A stretch of 45,805 nt of DNA from a virus: the IMG/VR virus record IMGVR_UViG_3300039454_000299, positions 1 through 45,805 of that record, one strand, 5' to 3'. Each line of letters opens with the position of its first letter. The stretch's first letter is position 1. Of this stretch, positions 1 through 8,618 are shown piece after piece. The notes beneath the pieces are model-generated. The model did not search any database. It saw nothing but the letters and a program-made list of their open reading frames with translations, and was not told where the DNA came from. The position numbers and the translations under genes are program-made.

Positions 1-147
1 ATGCGGCAGACGGTCGATCACCGCGGCAAAAAGCTGCGCATCCCGACCAAGAAGATGATCGTTCCTCCGGCTCTCGAATTTGTAGCGGCCGAGCTTTTGG
101 GCGGAACCGACCGGGCCGACACGGCCAACCGGACGATCAACGCGTTC
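1..147. repeat. Left copy of a 147-bp terminal direct repeat, identical to 45659..45805. Marks circular closure or terminal redundancy of the contig.
   Basis: Base-by-base comparison of window start and end gives 147/147 identical. Unique length is therefore 45,658 bp. Confidence 0.95.
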
Positions 148-390
148 CGGCGCCGCAGCGGCATGCCGAGCTTCGACAGCTGGATGGTCTGGGACTACCT
201 GACCGATCCGCATGCCTGGTTCCTCGAAGGCGAAGTGAGCGATACCGAGCTGCGCTACTACAACCGCGAGAGCTTCAACACGGTGCACGATGTCGATTTC
301 GATTCGCGCGGCGTGAAGACGGCGGGCTGGATGCGGTTCTCCGTGGGCTTCAACGGCTTCTACGGCGTATACGGCGTCCCCAGCAGCTAA
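1..390 (+). CDS. Major capsid protein, 3' part. The gene wraps the window ends; the 5' part is 45128..45805.
   Basis: The frame-1 ORF is in frame with ATG 45128 through the terminal overlap. The joined product is 306 aa. It sits after the scaffold-like and decoration-like genes. The sequence looks HK97-fold capsid-like by eye (no HMM run). Confidence 0.7.
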   Translation: MRQTVDHRGKKLRIPTKKMIVPPALEFVAAELLGGTDRADTANRTINAFRRRSGMPSFDSWMVWDYLTDPHAWFLEGEVSDTELRYYNRESFNTVHDVDFDSRGVKTAGWMRFSVGFNGFYGVYGVPSS

Positions 391-421
391 AGCGACTTAA
401 AAGGAACGAGGCGAACAGACA

Positions 422-949
422 ATGGCATTGCAACCGCAATACACGCGGCCGATCTCCACATTGGTGGAGCGGTCGCGAGTCTCGCCGCGGCGCGTCCCCA
501 AGGACCGCAGCGTGCTCGCGATGACCGCGCCCTATCCGGTCAACAAATCCACCAACGCTGAAAACAAGCAGGTGCTGCCGACCGACCTGGTACTGCAGGC
601 GACCTATAGTCCTTCGGTCGCGCCGACGCAGCTCACCGGCATCACCAACAACTCGGTCGTGGCCTGGAACATCACTTCCAACTGTCCGGGCCGCGCGCCC
701 GATTACTATCCGGGCGACATGTACGAGTTCATGAGCCAGGACAACGTCAACGGGGCGACCACCGATGCGCTCACCGCGCTCAAGCTGTACGTGCTCGGGG
801 TGTATGTGACCGGCTCGGGACCGTACGACCTGGTGATGGTAATGGTGAATCTCTCGGGCAGCACGCAGTCCACGCCCGCGGGCTACATTCCGACTCTGCT
901 GCTCAACCGCTACGACAACCTGAGCACGGATCCGAACGCAATCTACTAA
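422..949 (+). CDS. Hypothetical virion-module protein (175 aa).
   Basis: ORF directly after the capsid gene with high third-position GC. The antisense ORF 350..970 is an Arg-rich shadow. An in-frame alternative start exists at 521. Confidence 0.6.
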   Translation: MALQPQYTRPISTLVERSRVSPRRVPKDRSVLAMTAPYPVNKSTNAENKQVLPTDLVLQATYSPSVAPTQLTGITNNSVVAWNITSNCPGRAPDYYPGDMYEFMSQDNVNGATTDALTALKLYVLGVYVTGSGPYDLVMVMVNLSGSTQSTPAGYIPTLLLNRYDNLSTDPNAIY

Positions 950-963
950 GGGGGCTGAAGCTA

Positions 964-1398
964 ATGGCATTCGGCTTACGCGCCCAGCGGCGCAACCTCT
1001 ATCCGGCTACGGCGCTTTCGGCCCAGACCGTCACCTCGCAGACCGAGAAGGTGACGGTGGGCCGGGGCCTGCGCCTCTATATCTACTGTTCGGCCACCAC
1101 CCAAGGAGCGGGAACCGATTCCATCAGCCTGATGGCCGCCGCTCCGGACGGGGGCGCCAATATTCAGCTGGCTTCGTTTTCGGGAACGCATATGCTTTCG
1201 GCGACCTCGGGGGCGCGGCTGGTATTCGATTTCTATCCGGGGGAGACGGGCTCGATTGCACCGGCGGGAGTGACGTTCGCGGCGGGCTCGAGCTATGCCG
1301 CGGGCGCGATTACGCTGCCGATGCAGTGGGCGGTGCAGATCGTGCTCGGGACGGGCAACTCGGCCACGGTGGCGATCGACGCGGAGATCCTGCCCTAG
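964..1398 (+). CDS. Hypothetical virion-module protein (144 aa).
   Basis: Compact ORF with a purine-rich stretch before the ATG and a Gly/Ala/Ser/Thr-rich, beta-type composition. Confidence 0.6.
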   Translation: MAFGLRAQRRNLYPATALSAQTVTSQTEKVTVGRGLRLYIYCSATTQGAGTDSISLMAAAPDGGANIQLASFSGTHMLSATSGARLVFDFYPGETGSIAPAGVTFAAGSSYAAGAITLPMQWAVQIVLGTGNSATVAIDAEILP

Positions 1399-1707
1399 AT
1401 GGCTTCGGCGCAGCCCAATAACTGGCAGAACAGCCAGATTACGCTTTCGAGCGTGGCGTGGACGGCGGTGGCTCCGCCGAACAACTGCTCGAAGGTGATG
1501 CTGCGCAATGCCACCGGGGTGAACATCTATCTGCGCACCGACCAGGCCGACGGGACCACGCAGGAGACCCTGGGTCCGGGCTCGGAGCTGCTGCTCCAGA
1601 GCTCGAATACACCGGGCGCCTATCCGGCGTTTCCGGGAGGCCAGGCGGTCTGCTATGCCCAGCCCGTATCGGGCACCGGGCCGTTGATTGTGCGGAGTGT
1701 GCGATGA
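1399..1707 (+). CDS. Hypothetical virion-module protein (102 aa).
   Basis: The ATG immediately follows the preceding stop (TAGATG). The composition is plausible. Confidence 0.6.
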   Translation: MASAQPNNWQNSQITLSSVAWTAVAPPNNCSKVMLRNATGVNIYLRTDQADGTTQETLGPGSELLLQSSNTPGAYPAFPGGQAVCYAQPVSGTGPLIVRSVR

Positions 1708-2180
1708 GAGTGAAGATCACGGGCGATTCCGATTGCGCTTGCGCCCTGCGCGGCTATCTGCAGCGGGCGGGCGACGTGGCTCTTACGAAAGAGGGCGACG
1801 GCATCCGGCCGGATTTCGAAGTGATTGTGGAGGAGAGCCGCACCGGCCGTTTCTATTTCGATTCGGTGGATTGCGAGCTCGAGCGGCATCTGTTCCGGCG
1901 GGTGCGCGATCTGTCGGAGAAACCGATTGCCTTTGAGACGGCGGGCGGCATCCGGCGCGACGATACGGTGCGCATCGTATTTCCGCCTTCGGAGGCGCGC
2001 GCGGTCGAACTGGGCGTGCAGATGGGGTTTGCCGATATGGCTGCGCCGCGCTTTGTAGCTCCGCAGGCTCCGGCTCCGCCGGCTGCGCCTGCTCCGATTC
2101 CCGCTGCTCCGGCGGGCGCGGAGCGCTCATCGTCGGCAACTATTGCCTCCAGGCGCGCCTGGTGGCGGTTCCGGTCATAA
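1704..2180 (+). CDS. Hypothetical protein (158 aa) with an Ala/Pro-rich C-terminus.
   Basis: ATG 1704 overlaps stop 1705..1707 of the upstream gene (ATGA). The longer track ORF from 1458 overlaps the better gene 1399..1707 out of frame. Confidence 0.55.
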   Translation: MRVKITGDSDCACALRGYLQRAGDVALTKEGDGIRPDFEVIVEESRTGRFYFDSVDCELERHLFRRVRDLSEKPIAFETAGGIRRDDTVRIVFPPSEARAVELGVQMGFADMAAPRFVAPQAPAPPAAPAPIPAAPAGAERSSSATIASRRAWWRFRS

Positions 2181-2184
2181 ATCC

Positions 2185-3699
2185 ATGAAATGGCTTCTGG
2201 CTCTGGGTCTCGTAATTCCGGGCGCGCTCCTGGCTCAGATGCAGCCGCCGTTCACGTTCGACGGAAGCAGCTATCTGCAGGTGAACTGCACGGTGGGCTG
2301 CAGCGCTTCGAGCGGGCCGGCCTTCGGCGGCGCGTTTCCGTCTACCGGCAATGCCGTCGGGTTCAAGGACAATAGCGGCAACCTGGCGGGCGGCAATCTG
2401 GATTCGGGCGGCAATCTCAAGGTGGACTGCGCATCGGGATGCTCGGGCGCGGCCGACACTACGGCTACCGGCAATCTGACGGCGGCCGGCAGCACGCTCT
2501 CCGTCGCCATGGCGGGCGTCAATTCGGTCTCATTTACCCTGCCCAGCGGCAACAATCTGGTGGGCACCATTACGCCCGAGTTCTCAAGCGACGGCGGCAC
2601 TACCTGGACGGCCACGTATTTGCGGTCGAGCCAGGCGGGCTCGTTCTGGACGGGGACTCTGAGCGTTTCGTCGACCGCGGGAACGTATAACATTCTCGTG
2701 CCGGGCGGAGCGGGCTCGGTGCGGATCCGCCTGTCGAGCTACACTTCGGGCGCGGCGGCGGGCGTGGCGATGCGCGCGGCGGGCCAGCCGGAAGCGCTAT
2801 TTTCGTGGGTGGGCACGGCGGGATCGGCGGCTCCGCCCTATCTGGCGCAGATGGCGGGCACGGACGGCAGCAACCTGCGCGGATTCCTGACCGACAGCTC
2901 GGGACGGCTGTACGTGAATGTGAACGGCACCTTGCCGGTGTCGCAGTCGGGCGCCTGGACGGTGCAGCCGGGCAATACGGCCAATACGACGCCGTGGCTC
3001 ATGACCATCAGCCAGGGCGGCAATGCGGCTACGGTTACGGGCGCGAACGCGCTCAAGGTGGACGGATCGGCGGTGACACAGCCGGTTTCGGGCACAGTGT
3101 CGGTGAATGCATTACCGGCGGGATCGAACACCATCGGGGCGGTGACGCAGGCTTCGGGGCCGTGGACCCAGAATCTCACGCAGGTAAACGGCAACGCGGT
3201 CGCGACCGCGGCTTCGGGCGTGCAGAAGGTGGGGATCACGGGCAATGCGGGCGCGGCGGTGGATCAGGCTCCGGGCAGCGCGGCGCCGGCCAACGCGGTT
3301 CAGGTGGCGGGCACCGATGGGACCAACTCCCGGGTGCAGTATCTGGATCCGTGCGCGTTCCAGTCGTGGAGCTATTATCCGATCAATGTTTCGGCCAACA
3401 CTCAGATCGCGGCCGGATCGACGGGCAAGAACGTGTACCTGTGCCAGATGTTTCTCGCGCCGGTGACGGCCGCGGCCAACGTGAATCTGGTGGAGGGGAC
3501 CGGAACTACCTGCGGGACCGGGACGGCGGGCATGCTGGGTGGGGCGACCGCGGCGCTGGGCGCGCAGCTCTCGGCCAACGGGGGCTTTGTGCTGCCGTTT
3601 CAAAGCCGGGCCTGGGCCAAGACCGCCACTTCGGGCGATGCGCTATGCATCTTCGCTTCGGCGCAGGTGACGGGCGTGCTGGCCTATGTGCAGTTCTAA
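2185..3699 (+). CDS. Fibre-like tail-module protein (504 aa) with a signal-peptide-like N-terminus.
   Basis: Starts MKWLLALGLVIPGALLAQ. The body is Gly/Ser/Thr/Ala/Asn-rich. It has repeated VNCTVGCSAS and VDCASGCSGA motifs. I chose the start 5 nt after the upstream stop; an in-frame alternative Met lies at 2239. Confidence 0.6.
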   Translation: MKWLLALGLVIPGALLAQMQPPFTFDGSSYLQVNCTVGCSASSGPAFGGAFPSTGNAVGFKDNSGNLAGGNLDSGGNLKVDCASGCSGAADTTATGNLTAAGSTLSVAMAGVNSVSFTLPSGNNLVGTITPEFSSDGGTTWTATYLRSSQAGSFWTGTLSVSSTAGTYNILVPGGAGSVRIRLSSYTSGAAAGVAMRAAGQPEALFSWVGTAGSAAPPYLAQMAGTDGSNLRGFLTDSSGRLYVNVNGTLPVSQSGAWTVQPGNTANTTPWLMTISQGGNAATVTGANALKVDGSAVTQPVSGTVSVNALPAGSNTIGAVTQASGPWTQNLTQVNGNAVATAASGVQKVGITGNAGAAVDQAPGSAAPANAVQVAGTDGTNSRVQYLDPCAFQSWSYYPINVSANTQIAAGSTGKNVYLCQMFLAPVTAAANVNLVEGTGTTCGTGTAGMLGGATAALGAQLSANGGFVLPFQSRAWAKTATSGDALCIFASAQVTGVLAYVQF

Positions 3700-4447
3700 G
3701 CGGCTGGGACTGCTGCTGCTGCTCGCGGTCCAGGGCTGGGGCGCGGTGGCTGTGGACGCTACCATGACCGCGGGCAACTCGTCCGACGGCACCGCCCAGG
3801 ACGCAACCAACGTTCAGTCGATCACTTCGACAGGGATTACGGTGGGAGCCTCAGCCACGCTACTCGTGGTGACTATTGGGTTCCAGCGGACATCGGGCGC
3901 CGGAACCAACTCGCCCGGTTCGCTCGCAGTCACGTGGAACGGCACTGCCATGACCGCGCAATCCAACACCACGACAGGCACCGGTATCGATGCGGTGACG
4001 GTGTACATATTTACGCTCGTCAATCCGGCGGCCGGGGCAAAGACCATCTCGGCGAGCTGGACCACTCACATGGATGTGTATATGGGTGCGATATCGTTTA
4101 CGGGCACCGATACCACTACCGGGGTCAAGACCAGCGACAACACCACCGCCCTCGGAGCTACATCGATCACGGTGACTTCCTCGAGCGATGGGGCTACGGT
4201 CGCGAGCTATGTGAATAACGGCGCCACACCCACGACCAACTTCACGCAATTTTGGGACGATGGAGCTTACTCCCCGGGCGGCGCGGGCTCGTACAAGTTA
4301 GGCGGCACGAGCAACAGCCACAGCTTTAGCGGGGGCGGGGGCAGCAATCAGGTGCTGGCCGGAGTGCATGTGATCGCGGGCACGGGCGGCGGCGGGGGCG
4401 GGGGAGGAGCGGCGCACAGCCTGACCCTGACGGGCGCCGGCAAATAG
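3686..4447 (+). CDS. Tail-module protein (253 aa) with a signal-peptide-like N-terminus and a C-terminal poly-Gly tract.
   Basis: Starts MCSSKRLGLLLLLAVQGWGAVA. It overlaps the upstream gene by 14 nt. A G8 run lies near the C-terminus. Confidence 0.55.
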   Translation: MCSSKRLGLLLLLAVQGWGAVAVDATMTAGNSSDGTAQDATNVQSITSTGITVGASATLLVVTIGFQRTSGAGTNSPGSLAVTWNGTAMTAQSNTTTGTGIDAVTVYIFTLVNPAAGAKTISASWTTHMDVYMGAISFTGTDTTTGVKTSDNTTALGATSITVTSSSDGATVASYVNNGATPTTNFTQFWDDGAYSPGGAGSYKLGGTSNSHSFSGGGGSNQVLAGVHVIAGTGGGGGGGGAAHSLTLTGAGK

Positions 4448-4459
4448 CCGGGCGGCCGA

Positions 4460-4469
4460 AGTGTCGAAT
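4460..4469 (+). promoter_or_regulatory. AGTGTCGAAT box (-10-like TCGAAT) 8 nt upstream of GTG 4478.
   Basis: The identical 10-mer with identical spacing to a GTG start recurs at 6161..6170. It is intergenic, with no Shine-Dalgarno between box and start. Confidence 0.35.
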
Positions 4470-4477
4470 ACAAAGGC

Positions 4478-5437
4478 GTGGGCATCTCAACCTGGGGCAA
4501 CCTGCGCTTACAGCTACAGACCGGCGCGCCGGGCATTCCGCTCGATCTGCTGGACGGCTGGCTCAATTCACGCTATGAGCAGGTGCTCGAGGCCAACGAC
4601 TGGCAGGGGCTGAAGTACCACACCACGGTCCAGAGCCAGGCGGCCTACCAGTCCGGAACCGACACCGTTACCTTGACGGTGGGCTCGGCTACGGTAACCG
4701 GCGCGGGCACGGCGTGGACGAGCGGCCAGCTCGGCAATATTCCGCGATTCTACCGGCCCGGCGATACGGTGATCTATACTGCGAGCTATGTCGGCCCGAC
4801 GCAGCTCACTCTCGACCGGCCTTATGAAGGCAACGGGATCGATGCGGCGGGCACGGTGTACAGCGGCTCGGCCTACGTGCTCATGCAGCACATCTACGCG
4901 CTTCCTTCCGACGTCCGCACCATTGTCTCCTGCCTGGACCCCGTCACCAACCAGCCGCTCCACATCTTCACCAAAGACCAATTAGACGCGAGCGCGGGCC
5001 CGCGCACATTAGTCGAGGACCCGGTATATGCGGCGCTCTACGACGACACCAACGAGTCGAGCCAGCCGGTATACCACCAGATCGAGTTTTTCCCGCCGCC
5101 GTTGCATGCGCGCGGCTTCCCGCTCGAGTACGTCCACGGAGGCACGTTTTTCAACGGCTCGAACACTTCGGCGAGCCCGCTGCCTTGGGTGAGCGATTCG
5201 GTGCTGCTCTACGGCGCGCGCGCCGAAATCGCGCTGCACTTGGAGCAGTTCAACAAAGCCAAGGGCTATGAGATGAAGTTCGCCGAGGAGCTCGCGCGCC
5301 TGCTGCGGCTCGAGCACTGGCAGAAGCGGCCGAAGAGGGCGCTCGGGATGACGGCGCGGTTTACCAGGCACCGCACGCAAAGAGCGACCCGCGCGTTATC
5401 GAGGAACTGGGGGCCGGGCCAGGGCGGGCCAAACTAG
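4478..5437 (+). CDS. Structural protein, adaptor-like paralog 1 (319 aa).
   Basis: Shares ordered motifs with 5437..6162 and 8619..9317: a ...LD...W block, a ...Y/F-P-x-P block, and a C-terminal helical ...Y..R/A... block. Confidence 0.6.
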   Translation: MGISTWGNLRLQLQTGAPGIPLDLLDGWLNSRYEQVLEANDWQGLKYHTTVQSQAAYQSGTDTVTLTVGSATVTGAGTAWTSGQLGNIPRFYRPGDTVIYTASYVGPTQLTLDRPYEGNGIDAAGTVYSGSAYVLMQHIYALPSDVRTIVSCLDPVTNQPLHIFTKDQLDASAGPRTLVEDPVYAALYDDTNESSQPVYHQIEFFPPPLHARGFPLEYVHGGTFFNGSNTSASPLPWVSDSVLLYGARAEIALHLEQFNKAKGYEMKFAEELARLLRLEHWQKRPKRALGMTARFTRHRTQRATRALSRNWGPGQGGPN

Positions 5438-6162
5438 TGCAGCTCTCGACCATGCAGGCGCTGGTCAGCCAGCGCTTGAATGAAGGCCAGACCGGCTACA
5501 CGTTTTATCCGCAGAACGAGATTACCGCGGCGCTGAACGAGGCGCAGCGCTTCTTTTGCCTATTGACGCTGGGCCTGGAAAAGACGGCGGCATGGGTGAT
5601 TCCGGCGAACACCACATTTACCCATATGCTGGGCGTATTCAACGACTGGATCGCGTGCCTGCGCATCACCACTTCGGCGGGAGTAAAGATCCGGCCGGCG
5701 CGCCTGGAGGATCTGGCCTCGCTCGATCCGGGCTGGATGGCATCGGCCGCGGCGGGGGCGGTTCCGCCGACGCGCTATGCGGCGCTGGGGGCGGATCTGG
5801 TGGCGGTGTATAAGCAGCCTACGGCCCAGGTGACGGTGAATGTGACCTATGCGCGCGCGCCGGTGGCTCTGGCGAATGCCGCGGATGTGCCCGAGATTCC
5901 GGTGGAGTATGCGCCGCGGCTGGTGGATTACGCGATTTATCGCATGCGGCAGGTGGAGGGGGCGCAGGAGTTCGCCAAGGCAATGCCGCTGTTTCATGGG
6001 TTTTTGGATGGGGCGAAAAACTATGCGGCCTATGTGCGTTCGCGCAATCTGGGCAGCCGCTACGACAAGGTTCCGTTCGAGATCGAGAAGTTCGACCGCT
6101 CGAAGCTGCTGAAGCTGCGTCCGGACCTGGTGCCCAACCGCAAAGTGCCCGTCCAGGGCTAG
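5437..6162 (+). CDS. Structural protein, adaptor-like paralog 2 (241 aa).
   Basis: The GTG start overlaps the upstream TAG by 1 nt. RPARLEDLASLDPGW and EYAPRLVDYAIYRMRQVEG align with paralog 3. Confidence 0.6.
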   Translation: MQLSTMQALVSQRLNEGQTGYTFYPQNEITAALNEAQRFFCLLTLGLEKTAAWVIPANTTFTHMLGVFNDWIACLRITTSAGVKIRPARLEDLASLDPGWMASAAAGAVPPTRYAALGADLVAVYKQPTAQVTVNVTYARAPVALANAADVPEIPVEYAPRLVDYAIYRMRQVEGAQEFAKAMPLFHGFLDGAKNYAAYVRSRNLGSRYDKVPFEIEKFDRSKLLKLRPDLVPNRKVPVQG

Positions 6163-6170
6163 TGTCGAAT
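6161..6170 (+). promoter_or_regulatory. AGTGTCGAAT box 8 nt upstream of GTG 6179.
   Basis: Exact second copy of the 4460..4469 box, with the same N8 spacing to a GTG start. Confidence 0.35.
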
Positions 6171-6178
6171 TCAGGTAC

Positions 6179-8599
6179 GTGAAGACGTTTCGACTCTGCG
6201 CGCTATGGCTTGCGTGCCTCGTAATGGCCCCGGCCCAGACGGCCGTATTTCCGGGGGCCGTAGTTACCGATCAACAGCTCAAGGTGGTAGCGAACAATGT
6301 GCAGACCACCATTACCTTTCCGGTGGCCTCGACCGATACCACCATCCAGGTGGCCAATTCGAGCGGGATCACCGCTAATTCGGTAGTAACACTGGACAAT
6401 GAAAATGTCGCGGTCTGCGCGGTTCCCGACGGCACGCATCTGACAGTGGGCCAGTCGAGCTGTCCTTCTTTGAGCGGGCGCGGATTCGACAGCACCACGG
6501 TGGCCACGCACTCGGCCACCGGAGCCAACTGCAATCCGGGCACGGCCTCGGGCTGCGTGAGCCTGTATATCGACGCCTGGCACCACAACGCGGTACGCGC
6601 CGAAATCGAGGCCATCGAGGGGGCGCTCGGGGCGAATCTGGCGAATGTGCCGAAGTCGCCGGAACTGACTACCGCGGCGTATAACTTCGCGGCGCAGTCG
6701 CCGGGGGGGACGCTGGCCGCGGGCTCAGACGTGATCTCGCTCAACTGCCCCTTGGGGATCAACAGCTACTCGGTCAATAACGCCTACGTGTGGCTGACGG
6801 CCGGTACCGGCGGCACCGCCGAACCGGCGCTCATTACGGGGGGCACCTGCACCTCGGGCTCGTCGAGCGGCACGCTGGTGCTGACGGTCAATCATACGCA
6901 CGGCGCGGGATGGCAGATACAGCCGGCGACCTTCGGGATCCAGGAGGCGGTGATGGCGGCCTGCGTTACCGGAGGCGGCATCGTGACGGTGCCGGCGAGC
7001 ACCATAGGCTCCGTGTGGAACGCCAAAGTGACGATACCGTGTTCGAACATCTGGCTCCAGGGTCCGGGCATCCAGTCGGCCGTGCCGTATACGCGCACCG
7101 CCGATTTCGGCGATTCCATTTATGTGGCGGGGCCGGTAAGCAATGTGCGGATCACCGGATTCTATCTCTCCCAGACGCTCAACTACAGCGCCGGTCCGCC
7201 TTCGAGCATTTCGAACAAGCCGACTTCGGGCGCCCACATTCACCTGTTCGCCTGCTGGGAGTGCAGGGTCGAAGGCAACGCGCTGTGGAACATGCCGTAC
7301 GGCGTGGATGCCGATGGCGTGGGCCGCATGTTCATCGAGTACAACGAGTTCACGAGCATTTGGGACAACGCCAATACCGCGGCGCAGGTCGGCATCGCGG
7401 CGGTATTTCTACACCACTCGGTATCGGGAACCTATGGCTATCCGACCTATGCGTACGTGGAGCACAACGAGATCGTCAATTTCGGTTCGGGATCGGCGCC
7501 GCGGACCATCACCATCAACGGCAACAACATCACCAACCATACCGATGCGGTGGGATCGGAGTACGGCGTGTGGATCGCGTCCTGCGAAGTCTGCGAAGTG
7601 ACCCACAACTCCATTGAATGGACGAACTATAGCGGGGTCCACGTGGCGGCCGTCGCCGCGCACTCGGCTTCCGACGCCCTGCTCGACACGCTGATCGCGG
7701 ACAACTATATGGACTTCAACCGCATGTACGGAGTGGATTTCGACATGACGGCCAACACCAACATGTTCGCGCTCAATTTCCGCGTGGAGCGGAATCGCAT
7801 CGGCAGCCCGGGGGGGCTGATGACGGGGATCTACTTCGCGCCTCCGGCCACTCCGTGGACCTATGTGCGCACGGCGGCCAAGGTCTCGATCGCGGACAAC
7901 CAGATCTTCGGCATGGCCGGAGCGGGGATCTCGATCTTATCGGGCGGGAATATCGACGTACACAACAACCAGATCACGGATTACAACTACTACAATGCAT
8001 TCCCGACCAATTCATTGAGCTGCACCTCGTCCGGCTGCAGCGGGGACGCGCTCGGCAGTTCCGGGATTTATGTGCAGTGGCCGGCGCTCGAGTTGAACAT
8101 CACCGGCAATTCCATCGGCGGATCCTACGTCAATACGTCCTACGGCGGCATCGTATACACGGTCAGCGGCATTACGCTGGGCAACTACAGCACGTATTAT
8201 CCGACTTCGATCACCGCGCCCAATTTCAATACCGGGGTGCAGCCGGTGGGATCGCGAACGCCTCCGCAGTATTTCGATCCGGCCTTTGTCGCGTTTCCGC
8301 CGATCCTGTTCAACGGCAACTTGGCGTCGATGAGCGTAGTCACGTGCGGCACGCTGGGGAGCGGAAGCACGCCCTCTGCCGGGAAGATCGCGAGCACCGT
8401 CACCGGAACGTGCAATGTGGGACTGAGCTTCGGATCGGCGGTGGTGGCGCCCAACGGCTGGGCATGCACGATGCAGAACCTTACGCATACGGGCTCGGCC
8501 AACGCCATGTATGAGAGCGCGAGCTCGGCGAGCGCGGCCAACTTCTCCGGGACCACGGTCTCGGGGGACACGCTGGTGTATACGTGCTCGCCCTACTGA
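6179..8599 (+). CDS. Tailspike with a right-handed parallel beta-helix (pectate-lyase-like); putative polysaccharide depolymerase.
   Basis: Repeated beta-helix rungs: NVRITGFYL, RVEGNALWN, IEYNEFT, VEHNEIVN, VTHNSIEW, IADNYMDF, VERNRIG, IADNQIFG, VHNNQITD, ITGNSIGG. An N-terminal HHNAVRAEIEAIEGALG motif is typical of fibre and spike N-domains. The N-terminus MKTFRLCALWLACLVMAPAQT is signal-like. Confidence 0.7.
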   Translation: MKTFRLCALWLACLVMAPAQTAVFPGAVVTDQQLKVVANNVQTTITFPVASTDTTIQVANSSGITANSVVTLDNENVAVCAVPDGTHLTVGQSSCPSLSGRGFDSTTVATHSATGANCNPGTASGCVSLYIDAWHHNAVRAEIEAIEGALGANLANVPKSPELTTAAYNFAAQSPGGTLAAGSDVISLNCPLGINSYSVNNAYVWLTAGTGGTAEPALITGGTCTSGSSSGTLVLTVNHTHGAGWQIQPATFGIQEAVMAACVTGGGIVTVPASTIGSVWNAKVTIPCSNIWLQGPGIQSAVPYTRTADFGDSIYVAGPVSNVRITGFYLSQTLNYSAGPPSSISNKPTSGAHIHLFACWECRVEGNALWNMPYGVDADGVGRMFIEYNEFTSIWDNANTAAQVGIAAVFLHHSVSGTYGYPTYAYVEHNEIVNFGSGSAPRTITINGNNITNHTDAVGSEYGVWIASCEVCEVTHNSIEWTNYSGVHVAAVAAHSASDALLDTLIADNYMDFNRMYGVDFDMTANTNMFALNFRVERNRIGSPGGLMTGIYFAPPATPWTYVRTAAKVSIADNQIFGMAGAGISILSGGNIDVHNNQITDYNYYNAFPTNSLSCTSSGCSGDALGSSGIYVQWPALELNITGNSIGGSYVNTSYGGIVYTVSGITLGNYSTYYPTSITAPNFNTGVQPVGSRTPPQYFDPAFVAFPPILFNGNLASMSVVTCGTLGSGSTPSAGKIASTVTGTCNVGLSFGSAVVAPNGWACTMQNLTHTGSANAMYESASSASAANFSGTTVSGDTLVYTCSPY

Positions 8600-8618
8600 G
8601 GGCGGGATCTGAAATGTT

